A stretch of 64,000 nucleotides of DNA from Candidatus Methylacidiphilales bacterium (GTDB lineage Bacteria > Verrucomicrobiota > Verrucomicrobiia > Methylacidiphilales > JBCBYL01): assembly GCA_050329585.1 (NCBI GenBank), contig JBHJOR010000035.1:1434-65433 (forward strand), given 5' to 3'. A program made the position numbers and the translations under genes. Below are positions 56,697 through 64,000 of this stretch, piece after piece. The notes under the pieces are model-generated. The model did no database searches and was not told where the DNA came from. It worked only from the letters and a program-made list of their open reading frames with translations. The stretch's first letter is position 1. Every line of letters starts with the position of its first letter.

Positions 56697-57536
56697 TCAC
56701 TTAGGAGGGCTGGCCAGGCGCTTTTTGAGCTCCGCCAGATCCTGTTCCATCCGGTTGATCAGATGTGCGGTTTCTTCGAAGGAGGCTGTCGGGAGGGCGT
56801 GTTCAGCATCCGATAATTCCTGCATGGTGCTGACGATGATGCCGATGAATAAGTTGAGGATCGTGAACGTGGCGATGATAATGAAGGGTACAAAAAACAT
56901 CCATGCCCAACCATGCACTTCCATAACCGGTCGCACGATTCCCATCGACCAGCTTTCAAGGGTCATGATTTGAAAAAGCGAATACAGACTGGCTCCCAAA
57001 CTTCCGAACCATTGAGGAAAGGCTTCCCCAAACAAGCGCGTGGCTAGCACCGCACCCACATAAAAGAAAATGGACATCACCAGCACCACACCCGACAAGC
57101 CGGGTATGGCGTGCAAGAAAGCAGCCACTACCTTCCGCAGAGATGGCACCACGGTCAACAATCGCAGGACGCGTAATACCCGTAAGGCCCGGAGCACGCT
57201 CCACGGGCCGGCGGCTGGAACCAAAGCAATGCCTACCACTAAAAAATCAAACACATTCCAGCCGTTACGCCAGAAATGCCACCGGTATGCGGTCAGCTTG
57301 GCCGCCAATTCCAAAACGAACACCGCCAAACACAGTTTGTCCACCATCTTCAAAAGACCGCCCGCCCGATCCATAAGCAGAGCACTGGTCTCCATTCCTA
57401 AAACCACCGCATTAACGAGAATCACCGCCACCACGAATTGCTGCACTCGGGGTGCCTCCACCGCCCTTGCCAGCCGGATACGCCATGCGGAAATGCCGGG
57501 TAGCACCAAAAGCCGTTGCAGATCTTCATCACTCAT
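56697..57536 (-). CDS. Bacterial voltage-gated sodium channel (BacNav / NaChBac-NavAb family)
   Basis: The architecture is six TM helices. S4 is RALRVLRVLRLLTVVPSLRK. The pore sequence FQIMTLESWSMGIVRPV contains the NavAb-type TLESWSM filter. The C-terminal helix HLINRMEQDLAELKKRL looks like a coiled coil. Confidence 0.85.
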   Translation of the reverse strand: MSDEDLQRLLVLPGISAWRIRLARAVEAPRVQQFVVAVILVNAVVLGMETSALLMDRAGGLLKMVDKLCLAVFVLELAAKLTAYRWHFWRNGWNVFDFLVVGIALVPAAGPWSVLRALRVLRVLRLLTVVPSLRKVVAAFLHAIPGLSGVVLVMSIFFYVGAVLATRLFGEAFPQWFGSLGASLYSLFQIMTLESWSMGIVRPVMEVHGWAWMFFVPFIIIATFTILNLFIGIIVSTMQELSDAEHALPTASFEETAHLINRMEQDLAELKKRLASPPK

Positions 57537-57679
57537 AAGATCGGATTGCTAACCTATTTTCGTCAACTTACAAGCTCGGTTATATTTAAGTGATGGCCAC
57601 CCGCCCCCGACAAAATTACCCCTCCTAAATCTTTTTTTTATCGTGCCCTTGCGCCGCCAAACGCTAGAAAGGAAAGCTC

Positions 57680-57925
57680 ATGAAGGCCGTCGTCACCGTA
57701 ACCCCCAAAACCAGCGTGCTTGACCCCCAAGGTGAAGCCGTCCGTAAAGCGATTCATAATCTCGGTATGGAGTGCGTCTCCGCGGTCCGTATTGGTAAAC
57801 ACATTGAACTGGAAATCGAGGGTAATGATTTGGAGAAAACACGTTCCAAGTTAGAAAATATCGCACGTGATCTGCTCTCCAATCCGGTCATTGAAGATTA
57901 CCGGATTGAGCTCACCCAGAACTGA
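57680..57925 (+). CDS. purS: Phosphoribosylformylglycinamidine synthase subunit PurS
   Basis: The 81-aa product reads MKAVVTVTPKTSVLDPQGEAVRKAIHNLG... Confidence 0.9.
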   Translation: MKAVVTVTPKTSVLDPQGEAVRKAIHNLGMECVSAVRIGKHIELEIEGNDLEKTRSKLENIARDLLSNPVIEDYRIELTQN

Positions 57926-57958
57926 CCACCTCCCCCGAGCACGTCTGCGTTGCAAAAC

Positions 57959-58642
57959 ATGAAATTCGCCGTCATCCAATTTCCAGGATCCAATTGCGAT
58001 CAAGATTGCTTGAGAGCGATCCGCGATGTAGTGGGCCAGCCGGTTCGTATGGTTTGGCATAAAGAATCTGAAATCCTGCCGGATGAAACCATCATAGTTC
58101 CCGGTGGATTCTCTTATGGCGACTATCTGCGCTGTGGAGCGATCGCCCGCTTTTCCCCGGTGATGGAAGCCGTCAAAAAAGCGGCCTCTGAAGGGCAAGC
58201 GGTCATTGGTATTTGTAATGGATTTCAAATTCTTTGCGAAGCCGGGCTGCTTCCAGGTGCTTTAGTGCGCAACCGTGACCTCCATTTTATCTGCAATACC
58301 GTTACTGTGAGAGTAGAAAATAGCCGCACCCGATGGACTTCCATGACCCGTGATGGAGATCTCCTGCGTATTCCCATCGCCCATGGTGAAGGTAACTATC
58401 GGGTGGATGAGGAAACACTCCATGCCATGGAAGCTCATGGACAGATTCTCTTCCGCTATGTGGATGAGGCGGGGAATCCCACCGAACGTTCCAATCCCAA
58501 CGGGTCTCTATCCAACATTGCCGGGATCTGTAATCGTGCCGGTAACGTCTTTGGCATGATGCCCCACCCGGAACGCGCGGCAGAATCGCTTCTCGGTTCC
58601 GAAGACGGACTTAAACTTTTCCATAGCCTTATCAGTTCCTGA
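57959..58642 (+). CDS. purQ: Phosphoribosylformylglycinamidine synthase glutaminase subunit PurQ
   Basis: The sequence [35 protein letters not shown] and MMPHPER fit PurQ. The listed ORF starts at TTG 57950; I chose ATG 57959. Confidence 0.93.
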   Translation: MKFAVIQFPGSNCDQDCLRAIRDVVGQPVRMVWHKESEILPDETIIVPGGFSYGDYLRCGAIARFSPVMEAVKKAASEGQAVIGICNGFQILCEAGLLPGALVRNRDLHFICNTVTVRVENSRTRWTSMTRDGDLLRIPIAHGEGNYRVDEETLHAMEAHGQILFRYVDEAGNPTERSNPNGSLSNIAGICNRAGNVFGMMPHPERAAESLLGSEDGLKLFHSLISS

Positions 58643-58655
58643 ACCCCGCCGCACC

Positions 58656-60914
58656 ATGTCCGATCCCGCCATCACTTCTGAACTAATCGCCAAGCATGGC
58701 ATCACTACCGATGAATACCGCCTAATCCATGAAATCTTGGGGCGTGAGCCGAACTTCACCGAGCTGGGAATTTTCTCTGTCATGTGGAGTGAGCATTGCT
58801 CTTATAAAAATTCCAAACCGGAGCTAAAAAAATTTCCCACGACTGGAGAAAAAGTTCTCGTCCGTGCGGGCGAGGAGAATGCCGGGGTGCTCGACATCGG
58901 GGAGGGAATGGCGGTGTGTTTCAAAATCGAATCCCACAACCATCCCAGTGCCGTCGAACCGTTTCAAGGCGCCGCCACCGGAGTGGGAGGCATCTTGCGG
59001 GATATCTTCACCATGGGAGCCCGTCCGGTGGCCAACTTGAATTCATTGCGCTTCGGCCCCATAACGGGTGACACACCCGAGGCACGTCGCAATCGTGCTC
59101 TTCTCGCCGGAGTAGTGGAAGGCATTGCCCACTATGGCAACTGTATCGGTGTTCCCACCGTGGGAGGAGAGGTTGTTTTCGACCCCTGTTACAGCGGTAA
59201 CCCGCTGGTCAATGCGTTTAATCTGGGAATTCTCCGGCACGATCAAATCCGCCGGGGTGCCGCTTCGGGTCTAGGCAACCCTGTTTTCTACGTGGGTGCC
59301 AAAACCGGACGCGACGGTCTGGCTGGAGCCGCCTTTGCCTCGCGCGACCTCACTGAAGAATCGAAAGAAGACCGTCCGGCTGTGCAGGTGGGCGACCCTT
59401 TCATGGAAAAACTCTTGATGGAAGCCTGTCTGGAACTTTTTGAACATCCAGACGCTGTAGTAGGTGTGCAGGATATGGGAGCTGCGGGATTGACCTGCTC
59501 TACCATTGAAACGGCCAGCAGAGGTGGTTCCGGAGTAGAGGTCGATCTCGATAAAGTCCCTCAGCGTGAAACCGGCATGACCCCCTATGAAATCATGCTT
59601 TCCGAGTCCCAAGAACGCATGCTGATTATTGTCAAAAAGGGACGCGAAAATGTGGTGCGTGACATCTTTGCAAAATGGGATCTCGATGCGGCAGAAATCG
59701 GATTCGTGACCGATACGGGCCGCACCGTCATCAAATGGCATGGAAACGTCGTGGCCGATGTGCCCTCTCGCAAGTTAGCCGATGACGCCCCCGTATATCA
59801 ACGGGAAGCCCGTGAACCCGCCGGACTGAAGGAAAAACAGTCTTTTCATTTCACGGATCATTTCTCAGAAGCCCCTGATTTAACCACCTTAAAAACCCAG
59901 TGGTTAAAACTGCTCGGTGCCCCCTCACTGGCTTCCAAGGCATGGATTTATCGTCAGTATGATCACCAAGTAGGAAAAAATACCGTATTGGTTCCGGGGA
60001 GTGACGCCGCCGTCATACGTATCGAAGCCGCTCATGGGAAAGAGCGGTTCATCGCCATGGCCGCCGACTGTAACGGACGTTACTGCTCACTGGATCCACG
60101 TCGCGGAGCGATGATTGCGGTGGCGGAATCGGCCCGCAACTGCACCATGACCGGAGCCCTCCCTATCGGCTCTACTGATAATCTAAACTTTGGTAATCCC
60201 CATGACCCGGAAATTTTCTGGCAACTCCGCGAATGTGTGGAAGGTCTGGCCGAAGCCTGTCGGGTGTTCCAAACCCCCGTCACCGGCGGAAACGTCAGCC
60301 TCTATAATCAAAGCCCGTTGGGAGCCATCGACCCCACTCCGGTGATGGCCATGGTCGGCCTGATCGAAAAACGCGAACACATTACCCGTTCTGCTTTTCA
60401 GCAGCCGGGTGATGATATTCTCTTAGTCGGTGGTGCCGGTTCAGAAATGGGTGCTTCCGCCTACCTCTACGAGATCCATGGCATCAAAAAAGGACGTCCC
60501 CCTGAAATGGATCTTCAACGTGAAAAAAACTTCCAGGACGCGGTGCGCTCGGCCATTCACTCTGGAGGCATTCAAAGTGCACACGATCTCAGTGACGGCG
60601 GATTGGCTGTGGCGTTAGCTGAATGCTGTCTGCCCTCGGGGTTTGGAGCGGAGTTGGACATGTCCGCTTTCCCATTGCGACCGGATCTACTCCTCTTTAA
60701 TGAAACCCAAGGCCGCGCATTGCTATCGTGTAACTCTGCGCGCACCGCAGAAATCCAAGCCGGACTATCCCGTGCCGGCGTGGAAGTTCATCGCATAGGC
60801 TCTGTTACCGATAGGGGGAAGATCCAACTCACCCTTCAACATGGAAAGATAGACCTTTCTGTTGCTGAGTGCGAACGTCGTTACGAAGAGGCGATTCCCT
60901 CCTTGATGAAATAA
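58656..60914 (+). CDS. purL: Phosphoribosylformylglycinamidine synthase subunit PurL
   Basis: The motifs [40 protein letters not shown] and the duplicated AIR-synthase-like domains are present. Confidence 0.95.
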   Translation: MSDPAITSELIAKHGITTDEYRLIHEILGREPNFTELGIFSVMWSEHCSYKNSKPELKKFPTTGEKVLVRAGEENAGVLDIGEGMAVCFKIESHNHPSAVEPFQGAATGVGGILRDIFTMGARPVANLNSLRFGPITGDTPEARRNRALLAGVVEGIAHYGNCIGVPTVGGEVVFDPCYSGNPLVNAFNLGILRHDQIRRGAASGLGNPVFYVGAKTGRDGLAGAAFASRDLTEESKEDRPAVQVGDPFMEKLLMEACLELFEHPDAVVGVQDMGAAGLTCSTIETASRGGSGVEVDLDKVPQRETGMTPYEIMLSESQERMLIIVKKGRENVVRDIFAKWDLDAAEIGFVTDTGRTVIKWHGNVVADVPSRKLADDAPVYQREAREPAGLKEKQSFHFTDHFSEAPDLTTLKTQWLKLLGAPSLASKAWIYRQYDHQVGKNTVLVPGSDAAVIRIEAAHGKERFIAMAADCNGRYCSLDPRRGAMIAVAESARNCTMTGALPIGSTDNLNFGNPHDPEIFWQLRECVEGLAEACRVFQTPVTGGNVSLYNQSPLGAIDPTPVMAMVGLIEKREHITRSAFQQPGDDILLVGGAGSEMGASAYLYEIHGIKKGRPPEMDLQREKNFQDAVRSAIHSGGIQSAHDLSDGGLAVALAECCLPSGFGAELDMSAFPLRPDLLLFNETQGRALLSCNSARTAEIQAGLSRAGVEVHRIGSVTDRGKIQLTLQHGKIDLSVAECERRYEEAIPSLMK

Positions 60915-60923
60915 TCCTCCCTC

Positions 60924-62837
60924 ATGAGCGATCCCATCAAACACGAGTGCGGCGTGGCCTTAGTCCGCCTCCTTAAGCCCTTGTCGTATTATTATGAAAA
61001 ATACGACAGTCCGCTCTGGGGTTTCTTCAAGCTTTACCTCCTGATGGAGAAACAGCACAACCGCGGTCAGGATGGAGCGGGCATTGCCGGGATCAAACTC
61101 GATGTCCCCCCCGGCCTTCCTTACATTTTCAGAGAGCGCAATATGAAGCGCAACCCGCTCGACCGCATCTTCGGAGAGCTTTTTAAGGACTACAATAAGA
61201 AGGTTTCCAAAGGCATCATCCACCCTGAGTTCGTCCCCACCGTTAAAGATAACTTTGATTTCGCTGCTGAAATCCTTTTAGGCCATCTGCGTTACGGAAC
61301 CTCTGGAGGTTACAACATCAGTTGCTGCCATCCCTACTTCCGCCGCAGTAATTGGCCCACCAAGAACCTGCTGCTAGCTGGCAATTTTAACATCACCAAC
61401 AATGCCGACCTCAATCAGGATTTGATCGACCACGGTCAGCATCCGATTTTTGACACCGATACCCAAACCTTGCTCGAAGGATTGGGTTTTCATCTGGATC
61501 AGGAACATGAGCGGCTTTATCGGGAAATGAAGAATACTCATGTCACTGGAGTGGAAATCGCCCATGAAATCAGCGAAAAACTCGACTTGGTTCAAATCAT
61601 CCGCAATGCCTCGGTGGAATGGGACGGTGGATATGCCATCGCCGGAGCCGTCGGCAATGGCGACGCCTTCGCCTTCCGTGATCCCCTGGCCATCCGTCCA
61701 TTCCACTATTTTATAAACGACGAAGTGATCGCCTTCGCCAGCGAGCGGGCACCGCTTCAAACCGTTTTCGATCTTCAGGGTGGCCAAGTGCATGAAGTCG
61801 AGCCGGGCACGGTCATGGTCATCAAAAAGAGCGGAAGGATTATCCATGAGGTCTTCCGGCCTGCCGCCCCGCGCCGATCCTGTTCATTTGAACGCATCTA
61901 TTTCTCCCGCGCCAACGATCTGGATATTTACCGCGAACGCAAAAAACTCGGTGGCCTGCTTTTATCCCAGATTATGGAAGTGGTGGATCACGATCTCGAT
62001 CATACTGTCTTCAGCTTTATTCCCAATACCGCCGAAACGGCCTATTTTGGTTTACTGGAAGCACTACGCCTGAACCGACGCCGCCAAGTTCACGATACCA
62101 TTCGTGCCGCGCGGGATGCAGGAGAGCTCACCGATGAACTACTCGACAGTCTCATCCTGCGCGGCTGGCCACGTGCCGAAAAGGTGGCCCATAAAGACAT
62201 TAAACTGCGCACGTTCATCAGTCAGGAAAGCGACCGCAATCAGATGGCCTCTCACGTCTATGACATCACCTACGGAGTTATCACACCCGAAGACCATTTG
62301 GTTTGTGTGGACGACTCCATCGTGCGAGGCACCACCCTGAAGAAATCGGTTATCAATATCCTCTCCCGCCTCAACCCCAAATCCATCATCATTGCCTCCA
62401 CCGCTCCGCAGATCCGCTACCCGGATTGTTATGGCATCGACATGTCCCAGTTAGGGAAATTCATCGCCTTCCAGGCAGCCATCGATTTAATCAAAGAACG
62501 CGGTCAGGAGGATCTGGTGCGGGAGGTCTATCAACTCTGCGTTCAGCAGGATAAAAAACCGGATCATGAACTCAAAAATTACGTCCACCAGATTTATGAT
62601 CGCTTCACTCCCGAGGAGCTTTCAGTTCGTATTTCCAAATTGGTCACGCCGGAAATCCGCACCTGGCAAGGCACCGTGCGCATCATTTATCAAACCATCG
62701 AAGGTCTCCACCAAGCGCTGCCCGAGCACAGTGGCGACTGGTATTTCACTGGAATCTATCCTACCCCGGGAGGTTACCGGGTTCTTAATCAGGCCTTCAT
62801 GAATTTTTTTGAAAACTCCGATCTGCGCAGCTATTAA
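60924..62837 (+). CDS. purF: Amidophosphoribosyltransferase, long (about 630 aa) form
   Basis: An Ntn-type Cys follows a short propeptide (MSDPIKHE|CGVA). HNRGQDGAGIA, GHLRYGTSG and the PRTase motif VCVDDSIVRGTT are present. Confidence 0.88.
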   Translation: MSDPIKHECGVALVRLLKPLSYYYEKYDSPLWGFFKLYLLMEKQHNRGQDGAGIAGIKLDVPPGLPYIFRERNMKRNPLDRIFGELFKDYNKKVSKGIIHPEFVPTVKDNFDFAAEILLGHLRYGTSGGYNISCCHPYFRRSNWPTKNLLLAGNFNITNNADLNQDLIDHGQHPIFDTDTQTLLEGLGFHLDQEHERLYREMKNTHVTGVEIAHEISEKLDLVQIIRNASVEWDGGYAIAGAVGNGDAFAFRDPLAIRPFHYFINDEVIAFASERAPLQTVFDLQGGQVHEVEPGTVMVIKKSGRIIHEVFRPAAPRRSCSFERIYFSRANDLDIYRERKKLGGLLLSQIMEVVDHDLDHTVFSFIPNTAETAYFGLLEALRLNRRRQVHDTIRAARDAGELTDELLDSLILRGWPRAEKVAHKDIKLRTFISQESDRNQMASHVYDITYGVITPEDHLVCVDDSIVRGTTLKKSVINILSRLNPKSIIIASTAPQIRYPDCYGIDMSQLGKFIAFQAAIDLIKERGQEDLVREVYQLCVQQDKKPDHELKNYVHQIYDRFTPEELSVRISKLVTPEIRTWQGTVRIIYQTIEGLHQALPEHSGDWYFTGIYPTPGGYRVLNQAFMNFFENSDLRSY

Positions 62838-62863
62838 GAACATCAATATAGACCAACCTCGTT

Positions 62864-63802
62864 ATGAATACATCCTTAACCTCCAGCCTCATCGTGCCTT
62901 TGGAAAAGGCATGGGCCCATACCGGAAATTTTCTCTTCAAACCTTTCGATCTTAAAATTTGGCTGGCGGTCGGGTTCACGTGTTTTCTTTCTCAACTCAG
63001 CGGATACAGCTCCAGTTTCAACGGTAATTTTTCGCCCGGTGAAGGTTCCACGAATGCCTCCTTTTCTGATGCGTTTGCAGCCATCAAAGAACAACTCGGA
63101 GAGTGGACCACCCCGCTGCTGGTGGCGGGCGGTTTACTGTTCGTTATTGTAATACTCTTCGTGATCGCATTGGCGGTGGTCATGATGTGGCTCTCGTGTC
63201 GTGGCACCTTTATGTTTATGGACAATGTGGCACGCAGTAGCGCTGAAATCGTTCGTCCCTGGAAAGAGTATGCCCCACAGGCATGGCAGTTGTTTTGGGT
63301 GTGGTTGGCCTTGATAGGGTCGATCTTTGTCCTCGCCATCGGGGTTGGAATCGGTGTGGCCATGATGGGGGTTGGAACAAGTTGGAATCCCTTTGTAAAT
63401 AACATCTCCATGATCTGGGTGTTGATCTTTGTCATTCTGATACTGGTCGTGTTGATAGGAGTAGTAAGTTATGGTTTTCATGCTCTGGTCATTCCTCGGA
63501 TGTATATTAAACGATGCGGTGTGCTGCCTGCGGTGGTGGACTCGTGGAATCTCTTTTTGGAACACCCGTGGGAATGCATCGGGTTTCTTTTGTTAAACAC
63601 CATCATGGGTATAGCCTGGTTGATGCTTTTTTTAGTCAGTTGTTTACTGACCTGCTGTATAGCCGTTCTTCCCTACATCCACCATGTGGTGTTCCTTCCG
63701 ACTTATTTTTTCTTTAAGAGCTATAACCTGCATTTCCTGGCCCAGTTTGGTGACGACTGGAATGCGTTTCCCGCTCAACGCCCGGCCTTGCCCGCGGCAT
63801 AA
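62864..63802 (+). CDS. Hypothetical polytopic membrane protein
   Basis: It has about 6 hydrophobic segments. The N-terminal part KPFDLKIWLAVGFTCFL resembles widespread uncharacterised membrane families, but I cannot assign one confidently. Confidence 0.45.
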   Translation: MNTSLTSSLIVPLEKAWAHTGNFLFKPFDLKIWLAVGFTCFLSQLSGYSSSFNGNFSPGEGSTNASFSDAFAAIKEQLGEWTTPLLVAGGLLFVIVILFVIALAVVMMWLSCRGTFMFMDNVARSSAEIVRPWKEYAPQAWQLFWVWLALIGSIFVLAIGVGIGVAMMGVGTSWNPFVNNISMIWVLIFVILILVVLIGVVSYGFHALVIPRMYIKRCGVLPAVVDSWNLFLEHPWECIGFLLLNTIMGIAWLMLFLVSCLLTCCIAVLPYIHHVVFLPTYFFFKSYNLHFLAQFGDDWNAFPAQRPALPAA

Positions 63803-63811
63803 GGATGGAGG

Positions 63812-64000
63812 ATGGTAGACCGCATGGAGGGATTGGTATTGGTGCTGGAATGTTCTACCGCCCGTGCATCGTGGGCGGTCTATGATTACAACTACGATAA
63901 TGATCGCAATAGCGCCACGCTAGTTTCCAGCGCGGAACTAGAAGAGACCGATGGAAGAATATCAACCTCCCTGCATCAATCGCTTCGCAACGGAGCTGTG
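63812..64000 (+). CDS. 3'-truncated ORF, possibly TsaB-like (tRNA t6A machinery)
   Basis: Hand translation gives MVDRMEGLVLVLECSTARASWAVYDY...TDGRISTSLHQSL, open to the window edge. The LVLECST...WAV stretch loosely resembles the TsaB N-terminus (ILAIDTST). Support is weak. Confidence 0.25.
   Translation, partial: MVDRMEGLVLVLECSTARASWAVYDYNYDNDRNSATLVSSAELEETDGRISTSLHQSLRNGAV

Overview
This is a 64-kb chromosomal window. Its gene content points to a PVC-superphylum bacterium, most likely Verrucomicrobiota, but that assignment is an inference. I saw no rRNA, tRNA, CRISPR array, transposase, integrase or prophage block. All family assignments come from reading motifs in the supplied translations by eye; no searches were run.

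Layout:
- 1-1113 (+): a peroxiredoxin-like gene followed by two Sec-exported cysteine-rich proteins. One is an unlisted 47-aa peptide carrying three CxxCC repeats. The unit ends at a strong terminator.
- 1150-8493 (-): a complete Planctomycetes-Verrucomicrobia (PVM)-type bacterial microcompartment operon. It encodes PduL, three BMC-H, acetate kinase, three BMC-P, an acylating aldehyde dehydrogenase, a class II aldolase and an LDH/MDH-like dehydrogenase. A perfect 9-bp inverted repeat sits in its promoter region.
- 8.7-20 kb: a DUF62 SAM hydroxide adenosyltransferase, typA, polA and an alpha/beta hydrolase. The same stretch has an apparent operon of a sucrose-phosphate-synthase-like GT4, a phosphatase fused to a GH100/GDE-like hydrolase, and a sensor-less hybrid kinase.
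- 20.3-41.0 kb (+): a 20.7-kb co-directional respiratory supercluster. It runs ACIII actABCDEF, a cbb3-like CcoN/CcoO pair, a membrane cytochrome c, aa3 oxidase ctaD-E-F plus two small membrane proteins and ctaC, then ctaA, a lipoprotein and ccsB-ccsA.
- 41-64 kb: housekeeping genes (rlmD-like, tilS, sppA, CPBP protease, thiL, mscS, alr, alaS, acyl-CoA ligase, gmd-fcl, purSQLF) and a NavAb-like voltage-gated sodium channel.

Most interesting observation: the CcoN-like protein appears to have lost every ligand of the heme b3-CuB catalytic centre, while its CcoO-like partner keeps its heme c site. The pair sits exactly between ACIII and a canonical-looking aa3 oxidase. That aa3 oxidase itself seems to lack the K-pathway lysine.
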